Part shown: one piece after another, positions 13,010 through 22,985 of the stretch
Numbering within the stretch: position 1 is the first letter of the stretch
Layout of the letters: each line of letters starts with the position of its first letter
DNA from: Candidatus Hydrogenedentota bacterium
GTDB lineage: Bacteria; Hydrogenedentota; Hydrogenedentia; Hydrogenedentales; SLHB01
Direction of reading: 5' to 3'
DNA: 58,241 bases
Assembly (NCBI GenBank): GCA_029974275.1
Contig: JARKSN010000212.1
Span: 1-58,241, forward strand
Notes under the pieces: model-generated
Seen by the model: the letters and a program-made list of their open reading frames with translations, nothing else
Told to the model about the DNA's origin: nothing
The model's database searches: none
Program-made: the position numbers and the translations under genes

Positions 13010-13972
13010 TCAATGGTTCCCGATGCCGCGGCGCGATTGCGCCTCGGCGAGTGCATCGACCATCAGCGTGAGCAGGCTATCGTGATCGCGCCCTGTCAAG
13101 CTCAACGCGATTTGCGCCTGCACCATGCCGAACTTCGCGCCGATGTCGTAGCGGCTTCCCTTCACGTCAAGGGCGAGATAACGCTCTTGTTGCGCCAGTT
13201 CGTGCAACGCGGGCGTCAACTGCGCCTCGCCGTCGGCGGCCGCGCCAAGTTGCGTCTCTAGGATATCGAAGAGCGTCGGCGTCAGCACGTGCATGCCGAA
13301 AAAGCAGAGGTAGTGGCCCATGCGCAGCCCCGGCGTCTGTAACTCCAACTCGGCAACGCTGACCGAAGGCTTTTCAAGGATGCGTTCGATCTGATACAGA
13401 CCGGGCGCGTCCGCAACACGTTTTCCGCTCACGGTTCCGTAATGCCCGATGAGATGTTCGCGCGTAGCATGCACCGCCGCAATCGCGCAGTCGGCTTGCG
13501 TCGCAGCGCGAATCACTTGCGCGGCACACCGCTGATCCGCCAGATCGGAAAGATAGAGATGGTCGTTGAGCAGCAACAGGAACGGTTCGCCGCCGACAAA
13601 TTCGCGCGCGACATACACCGCATGCCCATAGCCTTTGGGTTCCTCCTGTACGGCGAAACGCAAGCGAGAAACGAGATGATCCAATCGCTCGGCCTGGGCA
13701 CGGGCCCATTCATGCCCTTTGTACGCTTCGAGCAAGTCCGTGCGCAGCGCGGCGAACTGACGGCGATACTGGGCCTCGTCGCCCGGCGCACACACGACAC
13801 AGACTTCTTCGATGCCGCTATCAAGCGCTTCCTCGGCGATGATCTGGATGATCGGCTTGGGCAACCCATCGCGATCGACAAGCGGAATCATGCCCTTCTG
13901 AACCGTGTCCGCCGCGGGGTATAGCCTGACGCCGCGCCCAGCGGCAGTGATGACAGCTTTCCGGATCTGCAC
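13010..13972 (-). CDS. GalU-like sugar-1-phosphate nucleotidyltransferase
   Basis: IRKAVITAAGRGVRLYPA, QEEPKGYGHAV, EKP, EAQLT and RYDIG; GTG at 13972 follows AAGGAGG. Confidence 0.88.
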   Translation of the reverse strand: MQIRKAVITAAGRGVRLYPAADTVQKGMIPLVDRDGLPKPIIQIIAEEALDSGIEEVCVVCAPGDEAQYRRQFAALRTDLLEAYKGHEWARAQAERLDHLVSRLRFAVQEEPKGYGHAVYVAREFVGGEPFLLLLNDHLYLSDLADQRCAAQVIRAATQADCAIAAVHATREHLIGHYGTVSGKRVADAPGLYQIERILEKPSVSVAELELQTPGLRMGHYLCFFGMHVLTPTLFDILETQLGAAADGEAQLTPALHELAQQERYLALDVKGSRYDIGAKFGMVQAQIALSLTGRDHDSLLTLMVDALAEAQSRRGIGNH

Positions 13973-14187
13973 GCGACATCCCTCCTTACGCCGTATACGC
14001 GACTCAGCATAACAGGGCCGATCTCGCCCTGCAACCACGCAACACCACGCAACACCGCGCCGTTGCTTTTTCAAGGCGTCCCAATAGTACAATGGCGACT
14101 ATCCCTATCGGGACCGCATGACAAAGGGGTGGGCAATATGCAGAACGGCCGATTCCCGGTTGGCCGGATGCGAGGGATCCAATTCGC

Positions 14188-15186
14188 ATGGCGGGAGCGA
14201 CGCACAAACAAAGTTACTGGCGAATCGTCGGGCGACAGTTCCTCAAGAACAGACTCGCCGTGACCGGGTTGTGTTTTATCCTGTTTCTACTCGGGATCGC
14301 CTTGTGCGCGCCTTTCATCGCGGAGGGAACCCCGGTTTACATGGTCAAAAACGACACGGCCTACTGGCTTCCCGCCGTGATTGCATATTCCGATCTCGTG
14401 AATTTCGATTACGCCGCGTGGACGCCCGGAGAGGGGGAAAAAGCCGTGTGGCCCCCGGTGCCGTATTCGCCGACAACGTCCGACTTGCGCAATCGGCTCG
14501 CGCCGCCGTCGAGCGAGCATTGGCTCGGCACGGACGATCGCGGGCGCGACGTGCTCAGCCGCATGATCTGGGGCGCGCGCATCGCGATCTCGGTCGGGTT
14601 TGTCGCGGAAGGCATCGCGGTGACGATAGGGATCATGATTGGCGCGATTGCGGGATTCTACGCCGGACGCGTCGATATGATTGTGCAGCGCTTGATCGAG
14701 ATCATGATGTGCTTTCCGACGTTCATCCTCATTCTCTCGCTCATCGCGTTTTTGCCGCAGAGCATCTTCAACATCATGATCGTCATCGGCCTAACGGAAT
14801 GGACCGGCGTTGCGCGCCTCATTCGCGGCGAGTTCTTCAAGCTGCGCGAGTCCGATTTCGCGACCGCCGCGCGCGCCACCGGCCTCCGCGACACGCGCAT
14901 CATGTTCCGGCATCTGTTGCCCAACGCGCTGTCGCCGGTGTTCGTGAGCGCGACGTTTGGCGTCGCGGGCGCGATCTTGGTGGAATCGTCGCTGAGCTTC
15001 CTCGGTTTCGGCGTGCCGCCCCCCACCGCGAGTTGGGGCGAGATCCTTTCGCAATCCAAGCGCTACATTCAGTCTGCGTGGTGGCTCGTGACGTACCCCG
15101 GCGCGGCGATCTTCCTGACGGTCACCGCATTTAATCTCGTCGGCGAAGGCTTGCGTGATGCGATGGACCCGAGGTTACGACAGTAA
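14188..15186 (+). CDS. oppC: Oligopeptide/dipeptide ABC transporter permease
   Basis: HWLGTDDRGRDVLSR, EAA-like loop ARATG...RHLLPN, LSFLGFG and GLRDAMDP. Confidence 0.93.
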   Translation: MAGATHKQSYWRIVGRQFLKNRLAVTGLCFILFLLGIALCAPFIAEGTPVYMVKNDTAYWLPAVIAYSDLVNFDYAAWTPGEGEKAVWPPVPYSPTTSDLRNRLAPPSSEHWLGTDDRGRDVLSRMIWGARIAISVGFVAEGIAVTIGIMIGAIAGFYAGRVDMIVQRLIEIMMCFPTFILILSLIAFLPQSIFNIMIVIGLTEWTGVARLIRGEFFKLRESDFATAARATGLRDTRIMFRHLLPNALSPVFVSATFGVAGAILVESSLSFLGFGVPPPTASWGEILSQSKRYIQSAWWLVTYPGAAIFLTVTAFNLVGEGLRDAMDPRLRQ

Positions 15187-15202
15187 GAAAATGGAAGAAT
15201 TC

Positions 15203-15279
15203 AACACAAAGGCACAAAGGGACGAAAACACAAAGAAATCCTTTTCTTCATCTGTGTTTATCTGTGTTCCTCTGTGGTT
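15203..15279. repeat. AT-rich REP-like intergenic element built from short repeats
   Basis: CACAAAG at 15205, 15213 and 15229; TCTGTG at 15251, 15261 and 15271 (10-bp period). The two halves are imperfectly complementary. Confidence 0.6.
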
Positions 15280-15294
15280 GGAAAGGCTTTATTC

Positions 15295-16320
15295 GTGCAG
15301 CCTGTGCTGAGCATACGCAACCTGCGGACGCATTTTTTCACGGACGCGGGTATCGCGAAGGCCGTCGAGGACGTGTCGGTGGACGTTCCGGCGGGCAAGA
15401 CGCTTGCCCTCGTGGGCGAGAGCGGGTGCGGCAAAAGCATGACGGCGCTGTCGATCATGCGGCTCATCCCCGATCCGCCGGGACGCATTGTCGGCGGGCA
15501 GGTGTTGTTTGAGGGGCGTGATTTGGCAAGCGTATCGGAGCCGGAGATGCGCACGATTCGCGGCAACGCGATATCGATGATTTTTCAAGAGCCGATGACG
15601 TCGCTAAACCCGGTGTTTCGCGTCGGCGGGCAGATTGCGGCGGTGTTGCGGCGACATCGCGGGCTATCAAAAGGGGAAGCGCGCGCGGAAGCCATTCGGC
15701 TGCTCGAACGCGTCGGCATTCCCGCGCCGGAACAGCGCATCGACGACTATCCGCACCAGATGTCCGGAGGCATGCGGCAGCGCGTCATGATCGCGATGGC
15801 CCTTGCCTGCGGCCCAAAGCTGCTCATCGCGGACGAGCCCACGACCGCCCTCGACGTCACCATCCAGGCGCAGATTCTTGAACTCCTCCGGCGCCTGCAA
15901 GACGAGACCGGCATGTCCGTATTGCTGATCACGCACGATCTCGGCGTTGTTTCGGAGAACGCCGACGAAGTCGCGATCATGTATGCGGGCAAGATCGTTG
16001 AGCAGGCGTCCGTGGCTGAGTTGTTCGCTGCGCCGAAACATCCCTATACGCTTGGTCTGTTCGCGTCGCTGCCGAGTCTCGCGCAGGGCCGGCAACGGCT
16101 GAGGGCCATTCGCGGCAATGTGCCCGCCGCGACCGATTTTCCGCCGGGATGTCCCTTTCACCCGCGCTGTCCCCACGCGATGGACGCGTGCAAGACGTTG
16201 CCACCGCTTGTGGACGCGGGTCCCGATCATCGCGCAATGTGTTGGCTCTACGACGAAGCCACAATGACGGCGCAAGGACGCCCCATCGGCGCGCCTGCCT
16301 GCGAGGAGACTGTGTCATGA
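15295..16320 (+). CDS. oppD: Oligopeptide ABC transporter ATP-binding protein
   Basis: [26 protein letters not shown] and C-terminal GCPFHPRC. The GTG start at 15295 is uncertain. Confidence 0.93.
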   Translation: MQPVLSIRNLRTHFFTDAGIAKAVEDVSVDVPAGKTLALVGESGCGKSMTALSIMRLIPDPPGRIVGGQVLFEGRDLASVSEPEMRTIRGNAISMIFQEPMTSLNPVFRVGGQIAAVLRRHRGLSKGEARAEAIRLLERVGIPAPEQRIDDYPHQMSGGMRQRVMIAMALACGPKLLIADEPTTALDVTIQAQILELLRRLQDETGMSVLLITHDLGVVSENADEVAIMYAGKIVEQASVAELFAAPKHPYTLGLFASLPSLAQGRQRLRAIRGNVPAATDFPPGCPFHPRCPHAMDACKTLPPLVDAGPDHRAMCWLYDEATMTAQGRPIGAPACEETVS

Positions 16321-17309
16321 CAGCCACACGGCAAGACCTGCTCGTCGTTCGCGACCTCGTAAAGCATTTCCCCGTGCGCAAAGGCCTGTTTTCGCGCGTG
16401 GCGGGCGCGGTGCGCGCGGTGGACGGCGTGAGCTTTGCGATCCCGCGCGGCAAGACGTTGGGGCTCGTCGGCGAGAGCGGCAGCGGCAAGACGACCGTCG
16501 GGCGCATGATCCCGCGCTTACTCGAGCCCGATTCGGGCATGCTGCATTTCGACAACATCGACATCGCCCAGTTGTCGCCGCGCGATCTGCGTGCGCTGCG
16601 ACGGCGCATCCAGGTCATCTTTCAAGACCCGTACGGTTCCCTGAACCCGCGCATGACGGTGCATTCCGTGTTGGCCGAGGCGCTCGCCGTGCATCGGCTT
16701 GTCCCGGCGCGACAACGGCGCAGGCGCGTGCTCGAACTGCTGCACATGGTCGGGTTGCCGCCCGAGGCCGCGGACCGCTACCCCAACGAATTCAGCGGCG
16801 GCCAACGTCAACGCATCGGCATTGCGCGCGCGCTGGCAGTCGAACCCGACCTCATCATCGCCGACGAACCCGTGTCCGCGCTCGATGTTTCCGTGCAAGC
16901 ACAGATACTGAATCTACTCGAAGACCTGCAAGATCAACTCGGTCTGACCTATCTGTTCATCAGCCACGATCTGCGCGTGGTGCGGCATATCAGCGATTGC
17001 GTCGCGGTGATGTATCTTGGGCGCATCGTCGAATGCGCGCAAGTCGACGATATTTTCAACACGCCCGTTCATCCGTACACGCGCGCGATTTTGTCCGCCG
17101 CGCCCGTGCCCGGCGCATTGCGAGGTGCGCGGTCGCGCATCCTTCTCAGCGGCGACGTGCCCAGCCCGTTGAATCCGCCGTCCGGCTGCCCCTTTCATCC
17201 GCGCTGTCCCGACGCACGCCCCGATTGCGCCACGACCTTGCAGCGCCTTGTCGAGACGTCGCCCGGTCATACCGCGGCCTGTCACGTGCACGCGCCGCAG
17301 CAAAATTAG
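16317..17309 (+). CDS. oppF: Oligopeptide ABC transporter ATP-binding protein
   Basis: [31 protein letters not shown] and [12 protein letters not shown] overlap with oppD. Confidence 0.93.
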   Translation: MTATRQDLLVVRDLVKHFPVRKGLFSRVAGAVRAVDGVSFAIPRGKTLGLVGESGSGKTTVGRMIPRLLEPDSGMLHFDNIDIAQLSPRDLRALRRRIQVIFQDPYGSLNPRMTVHSVLAEALAVHRLVPARQRRRRVLELLHMVGLPPEAADRYPNEFSGGQRQRIGIARALAVEPDLIIADEPVSALDVSVQAQILNLLEDLQDQLGLTYLFISHDLRVVRHISDCVAVMYLGRIVECAQVDDIFNTPVHPYTRAILSAAPVPGALRGARSRILLSGDVPSPLNPPSGCPFHPRCPDARPDCATTLQRLVETSPGHTAACHVHAPQQN

Positions 17310-17425
17310 GTTCGCCCGGACGCCTGTGGCGATAGACCCAAGAATCGTGTATTCTTGCGTACTCGCCGGCACGAGAACTGTCCCGGCATGATGCGAAGCT
17401 GACAAACACGAGTGCGGAAAACACG

Positions 17426-20400
17426 ATGCACGACGACGACTTCTATGTAGACACGCTTTCCGAACTCCGCTCGGGCTCCGAGCAGGACCTGTATTGTCCT
17501 TTTGGCCTGCCGGTATCGCGCACAGCATGGGACGCATGCCATGCAGCGGATCTTTTCGAGCCGACATCGACCGGCGCGGAATTGCAGTCGCTGTATGCGA
17601 TGCGCCGTCTGGCTGACCGCGTGAACGCGTGGCTGCACCCTCATCTGCACGGCGCGGAGCCAGTCCGTCCGGGGCATTTGATCACCGCCTCGCTGCTTAC
17701 CGAGATTCTCCGCCACATCGCCGACCGCTACTGCGAACAGGAAAATCCCGGCGCAATGATGGCCGGTCTTGGCTACGCGCGACGACATGCGGGCCATGGC
17801 GCGGTCGATAAGACGCTGGGGGCGTTCCTTCACCGCTATCCGCCCGCGTCGTTTTTGTTAGGCGGCGACAGCGAAGAAGGGTATTTCGATCGCCGCACCG
17901 CCGCGCGTCCCAACACCGGCATCGCCGCGCGCGAAACGCTCCTGCTGCACGTAACAACGTCCAACCCCGCGATGTCGGCCTTCTTGGCATTGTTCGACGA
18001 TGCCGAGTTGAGGCAGGTCGCGCCGTACGAGGCTTTCATCGGCGCCTTCGACGGCTATTTCCGCACCCAACCGCCCGTCGCGGCGCTTGGCATGACGTTG
18101 CTTGACGTACTGCGGGCTCCGGCGCGGCATTCGCCGCATTCGCTCGAGGGACAGATCGAATACATCCGCAAACACTGGGCATCCTTGTTGCCGGCCGCCC
18201 TGCTGCGGCGGTTGCTATTGGCTCGCGATCTCCTGCGCGAGGAAACCCGCATGCGCGGACTCGGCCCCGGCCCATCCCAGGCGCTGCAGTTCGATCTCGG
18301 CGAATACGACGCGCACGAGCCGGAACGTTTCACGCACGACGCCGACTGGATGGCCAATGCGGTGCTGATTGCGAAGTCGGTCTATGTCTGGCTCGATCAA
18401 CTCTCAAAGAAACACCAGCGGGGCATCACCCGGCTCGACGAGATTCCCGACGAAGAGCTTGACCGCCTCGCGCGTTGGGGTTTCACCGGCCTATGGTTGA
18501 TCGGCGTGTGGGAACGGTCTCCCGCGAGTGCCGAGATCAAACACCGCATGGGTAACCCGGAAGCGGCCGCGTCGGCCTATTCCTTGTTCGATTATGAGAT
18601 TGCTCATGACCTCGGCGGCCAGGTCGCGAGCGACAATCTCCGCGTGCGCGCGTGGCAACGCGGCATTCGCCTCGCGACGGACATGGTGCCGAATCACGTG
18701 GGCATCTATTCGAAATGGGTCATCGAACACCCGGATTGGTTTATTCAGACGCCGCATTCGCCTTTCCCCGGGTACCGCTTTACCGGACCAAATCTATCGC
18801 ACGATCCGCGCGTCACGATCCAGATCGAAGACGGCTACTGGAACCACAGCGATGCGGCGGTCGTGTTCAAGCGCATCGACAACCATACCGGTGACACGCG
18901 CTACATCTACCACGGCAACGATGGCACGAGCATGCCGTGGAACGACACGGCGCAGCTCGATTACCGCAACCCCGAAGTGCGCGAGGCCGTCATCCAGACG
19001 ATCCTGCACGTCGCTCGCATGTCGCCGATCATCCGCTTCGACGCCGCCATGACCCTAGCGAAGCGCCATTACCAACGCCTGTGGTTTCCGCGTCCCGGCG
19101 AAGGCGGCGCAATTCCGTCGCGTGCGGAATGCGGCATGGGCAAAAGTGACTTCGACGCCGCGATGCCGGAAGAATTCTGGCGACAGGTTGTCGACCGCAT
19201 CCAAGCGGAAGTTCCCGACACGCTCCTGCTCGCCGAGGCCTTTTGGTTGATGGAAGGCTACTTCGTGCGGACGCTGGGTATGCACCGCGTGTACAACAGC
19301 GCGTTCATGAACATGCTGAAGCTGGAAGAAAACGCGAAGTATCGCATGACGATCAAGAACGTGCTGGAATTCAGTCCGGAAGTCTTGTGCCGCTTCGTGA
19401 ATTTCATGAACAATCCGGACGAACTCACCGCCGTCGAGCAGTTCGGGCGCGGCGAGAAGTATTTCGGTGTTTGCATGATAATGGTGACCATGCCCGGTCT
19501 GCCGATGTTCGGCCACGGACAGATCGAAGGTTTCACCGAAAAATATGGCATGGAATACCGCAAGGCCTACTGGGACGAGGCCGTCGATGAGGGCCTCTTG
19601 CGGCACCACGAGCACGCGATTTTTCCGCTGATGCGCCGGCGTTACTTGTTCAGCGGATCGCGCGACTTCGCGCTCTACGATTTCTACACGCCCGAAGGTC
19701 ACGTGAACGAAAACGTCTTTGCGTATTCGAATCGCTGCGGCCACGAGCGCTCGCTTATCATCTACAACAACGTCTACGGCGAGACACGCGGCTGGGTGCG
19801 CACCTCGACGGCGATCAATATCGGCCCCGCCGATTCGCCCCAGTTCATCCACAAGACAGTCGGCGACGGGCTCGGACTGCGCGGCGACAACAATGTCTAT
19901 TACGTATTCCGCGACTACTGCGACGGACTCGAATACATTCGCCGCGGCAAAGACATCGTCGAACAAGGACTCTACGTCGAGCTTGGCGCCTACCGATACC
20001 ATGCCTTTCTCGACTTCCGCGAAATCGTCGATGTGGATGGATCATGGGGGCGCATCGCAGGGCGTCTCGCGGGAGGGGGCGTAGCCAGCATCGACGACGC
20101 GTACGCCGAGACCGTCCTGGGGCCGATCATTGACTCCTTCCGCAAGGCCATGAACGCCGACTTGATCAAGGCGGTTGCTGCATCGACGACGCGAAAAAAA
20201 GGGGCCAAAGCGATCCGCGCGGAGTTCGAGACTGCATTGCTGGAATTCGTCGTCTCGCTGGGAGATCGCCTTGATCGCTTCATCGACGGCAAGCCGTTGG
20301 TTGACGGCATTCTCGACGATGTCACGTTCATCCAGCAGTACAAGGCCAAAGTGAAGACCCTGGACATCACCGAACAAGCGCGCGCGTTCCTGGCCGCGCC

Positions 20401-20947
20401 GCCGAAGCACGCCGCGACAAAACCTACAGGCGACCCATGTTTTCCGACGGCATGGGCGATTGCCCGCCGCCTCGCTCCCGTCTTCGCCAGTCCCGGACAC
20501 TCCGCGGCGGATGCCAACTGGCTCGACCAGTGGCACCTGAAGGGCGTTATCAGCGACACGCTCGCCGACATCGGTTGGGAGGATTGGATGGCCCGCGAGG
20601 CCGCGTTGCTGATTCAAACGCTGGTGCGTCATGCCGGCGCGCTGGAGACGCGCGCGCCGCGCGAACTTGTCGCGCGCGTGGCGGGCCTGTTCGAAGACGA
20701 GCAGGTGCGCGCGTATCTGTATGTGAACCTTTACGAGGGAACGTTGTGGATCAACCGCGAGCAACTCGAATCATTGATGTATTGGCTCGTGGCGACCCAG
20801 GCGATCGCGTTGACCACCGCGCCGAAATGCGATCCGCTGGCGCGTGACGAGGCCATCCAGCTTTACTACGAGGCCGCGCAGGAAACGCTTCAGGCCGCCA
20901 AAGACGCCGGGTATCAACTCGAACGCGTGCTTGAAATACTGACGTAA
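17426..20947 (+). CDS. Large alpha-amylase family (GH13) glycosidase
   Basis: DMVPNH, nucleophile RFDAAM, acid/base LAEAFW and NPDE; long N- and C-terminal extensions. Confidence 0.88.
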   Translation: MHDDDFYVDTLSELRSGSEQDLYCPFGLPVSRTAWDACHAADLFEPTSTGAELQSLYAMRRLADRVNAWLHPHLHGAEPVRPGHLITASLLTEILRHIADRYCEQENPGAMMAGLGYARRHAGHGAVDKTLGAFLHRYPPASFLLGGDSEEGYFDRRTAARPNTGIAARETLLLHVTTSNPAMSAFLALFDDAELRQVAPYEAFIGAFDGYFRTQPPVAALGMTLLDVLRAPARHSPHSLEGQIEYIRKHWASLLPAALLRRLLLARDLLREETRMRGLGPGPSQALQFDLGEYDAHEPERFTHDADWMANAVLIAKSVYVWLDQLSKKHQRGITRLDEIPDEELDRLARWGFTGLWLIGVWERSPASAEIKHRMGNPEAAASAYSLFDYEIAHDLGGQVASDNLRVRAWQRGIRLATDMVPNHVGIYSKWVIEHPDWFIQTPHSPFPGYRFTGPNLSHDPRVTIQIEDGYWNHSDAAVVFKRIDNHTGDTRYIYHGNDGTSMPWNDTAQLDYRNPEVREAVIQTILHVARMSPIIRFDAAMTLAKRHYQRLWFPRPGEGGAIPSRAECGMGKSDFDAAMPEEFWRQVVDRIQAEVPDTLLLAEAFWLMEGYFVRTLGMHRVYNSAFMNMLKLEENAKYRMTIKNVLEFSPEVLCRFVNFMNNPDELTAVEQFGRGEKYFGVCMIMVTMPGLPMFGHGQIEGFTEKYGMEYRKAYWDEAVDEGLLRHHEHAIFPLMRRRYLFSGSRDFALYDFYTPEGHVNENVFAYSNRCGHERSLIIYNNVYGETRGWVRTSTAINIGPADSPQFIHKTVGDGLGLRGDNNVYYVFRDYCDGLEYIRRGKDIVEQGLYVELGAYRYHAFLDFREIVDVDGSWGRIAGRLAGGGVASIDDAYAETVLGPIIDSFRKAMNADLIKAVAASTTRKKGAKAIRAEFETALLEFVVSLGDRLDRFIDGKPLVDGILDDVTFIQQYKAKVKTLDITEQARAFLAAPPKHAATKPTGDPCFPTAWAIARRLAPVFASPGHSAADANWLDQWHLKGVISDTLADIGWEDWMAREAALLIQTLVRHAGALETRAPRELVARVAGLFEDEQVRAYLYVNLYEGTLWINREQLESLMYWLVATQAIALTTAPKCDPLARDEAIQLYYEAAQETLQAAKDAGYQLERVLEILT

Positions 20948-20993
20948 AACCGCGGAAAAGCCTTTTGGAAAAACGGCTCTTCCCGGCTTTTTC

Positions 20994-21527
20994 CTACAAC
21001 GTTTCCACCGTGATATGGCTATTCGTGTAAATGCAAATCTCCGACGCAATCGTCAGCGATTCGCGCACGATGGTCGGCGCGTCCTGATCGGTGTGGCGCA
21101 TAAGCGCGCGCGCGGCAGCCAACGCAAATGGACCGCCCGAGCCGATCGCCAAGATGCCGTCGTCCGGTTCGATGACCTCGCCGCTTCCCGCAATGAGCAG
21201 CGACTTCTCCGCATCGCATACCGCCAACAACGCTTCGAGATTGCGCAGGTACTTGTCCGTGCGCCACTCCTTGCCGAGTTCAACGGCGGCGCGCGTCAGG
21301 TTTTTGTTGAACTCGTTCAGTTTCCCCTCGAACCGTTCGAAAAGCGTAAACGCATCCGACACCGCCCCCGCGAAACCCGCCAACACCCGTCCGTCCGCGA
21401 GGCGCCGAATCTTCGTGGCGCTTGCCTTCATGATCGTGTTCCCAACGGTCACCTGGCCATCGCCGCCGAGAGCCACCGCCCCGTTCTTCCTCACCGCCAC
21501 AACCGTCGTCGCGTGAAACGTCTCCAC
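20994..21527 (-). CDS. hslV: ATP-dependent protease peptidase subunit HslV
   Basis: HATT catalytic Thr, [24 protein letters not shown] and ICIYTN. Confidence 0.97.
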   Translation of the reverse strand: METFHATTVVAVRKNGAVALGGDGQVTVGNTIMKASATKIRRLADGRVLAGFAGAVSDAFTLFERFEGKLNEFNKNLTRAAVELGKEWRTDKYLRNLEALLAVCDAEKSLLIAGSGEVIEPDDGILAIGSGGPFALAAARALMRHTDQDAPTIVRESLTIASEICIYTNSHITVETL

Positions 21528-21564
21528 GTTCGCCCCTTTCCATCGCCTGCTTCCGCGTTCGCGA

Positions 21565-22902
21565 TTATGCAGTCTCGGCCCTGTCCGCGCCGCCTGCCGG
21601 CGGTTTCAAATCGCGCCATGCCTTTCCCAACGTGATGCCATGACGCACAAGCGGATCCTCCCCAAGCCCATTCCGCCGCAGCCGATCGCATATCCATCCT
21701 TCGAGCAAAGCCTCCAACCTTGCGGCGATCTCAGGCTCCTCGTCCGCAAGGTTGCGGAACTCGCCGGGATCCTTCTCCAAATCGTACAATTCGCGCGGCG
21801 GCGTCCCATAAAAATCCGGCTCGCGCGCAAGAATGAACTTGTGGCGCGGCGTCCGGATAGACCATTTCATCTGCCAGGTGCATTCCTGGCTGATCACAAA
21901 ATCACGAATGGGGCCTGCGTCGTCGCCGCGCGCCAACGGCATGAGATCGCGGCCTTCGACGCCCTCGGGAATTTCTTCGCCGGCCGCGCGCAACAACGTC
22001 GGAGCCATGTCGACGTGCGCCGTCAGATGCGCCACCCGGCGCGGCGCGATATCCGGGTGTCGCATGATTAGCGGGACATGCAGATTCCCGTCGTACAGAC
22101 CGTGGTGGTCGAAGAAAATGCCGTGGCGATACATCATCTCGCCGTGATCGCTGATCAGCAGGACAATCGTGTCGTCGCGCAGACCGAGGCGATCGATCGC
22201 CTTGAGCAGCTGCCCCACGCCCTCGTCGCAATATCGTATCTCGCTGTCGTACAACGCCTCGATATAGGCCGGATCCGTGATGCGCTTGCCCAACTTGTTG
22301 AACCACGTTTCGCGCCATGCCGCGCCCAAAGGATGCGCCTCCATCGCGTCCATCGCATGAATGGACGGGTCCTCCGGATCGCCTTTGTAAAACAATGTGC
22401 GATACGCGCGCGGCGGCAAATACGGCGTGTGCGGATCCCAATAATGAATGAAAAGGAAGAACTTTTCCCGGCAATTGTGTTCCATCCACGGAATGGCCCG
22501 CCGGTTGATTTCGCGGTTGTCGCAACTCAGTCCCAACGTGCGGCGTTGCGACGGATCAATGTAAAACTCAAAACCGCGCCGGAACCCCGGAAGCCAATCC
22601 GCCAAATTGTCCACGGCGCACGTCAAATATCCCAATCGCTGCAACGACAAGGGCAGCCACGGGGCCTCGCGCGAAAGAAGCGTGTGGCCGCCCTGCGCCA
22701 CGACGCCATGGGTGACGCTGTATTGCCCCGTCATCAAGGTTGCGAACGAAGGATGGGTCGGAATGGCGGGCGCGATCATGCGGTCGAACACCACGCTTTC
22801 CCGCGCGAACGCGTCTATGTTCGGCGAGGTGTTGCGCGCATATCCATAGCATCCAAGGTGATCGGCCCGCAACGTATCGATAGCGATAAGAACGATATTC
22901 AC
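21565..22902 (-). CDS. Sulfatase-like alkaline phosphatase superfamily hydrolase/transferase
   Basis: [32 protein letters not shown] and [14 protein letters not shown] start at 22902. Confidence 0.85.
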   Translation of the reverse strand: MNIVLIAIDTLRADHLGCYGYARNTSPNIDAFARESVVFDRMIAPAIPTHPSFATLMTGQYSVTHGVVAQGGHTLLSREAPWLPLSLQRLGYLTCAVDNLADWLPGFRRGFEFYIDPSQRRTLGLSCDNREINRRAIPWMEHNCREKFFLFIHYWDPHTPYLPPRAYRTLFYKGDPEDPSIHAMDAMEAHPLGAAWRETWFNKLGKRITDPAYIEALYDSEIRYCDEGVGQLLKAIDRLGLRDDTIVLLISDHGEMMYRHGIFFDHHGLYDGNLHVPLIMRHPDIAPRRVAHLTAHVDMAPTLLRAAGEEIPEGVEGRDLMPLARGDDAGPIRDFVISQECTWQMKWSIRTPRHKFILAREPDFYGTPPRELYDLEKDPGEFRNLADEEPEIAARLEALLEGWICDRLRRNGLGEDPLVRHGITLGKAWRDLKPPAGGADRAETA

Positions 22903-22985
22903 GTCATATCTCTGCTGGGGGATGTTTTCCAGCCGCAACGGTGTAGCACGAAGAAAGGCCGACGCGCAAGAAAACGACGGCCTCC

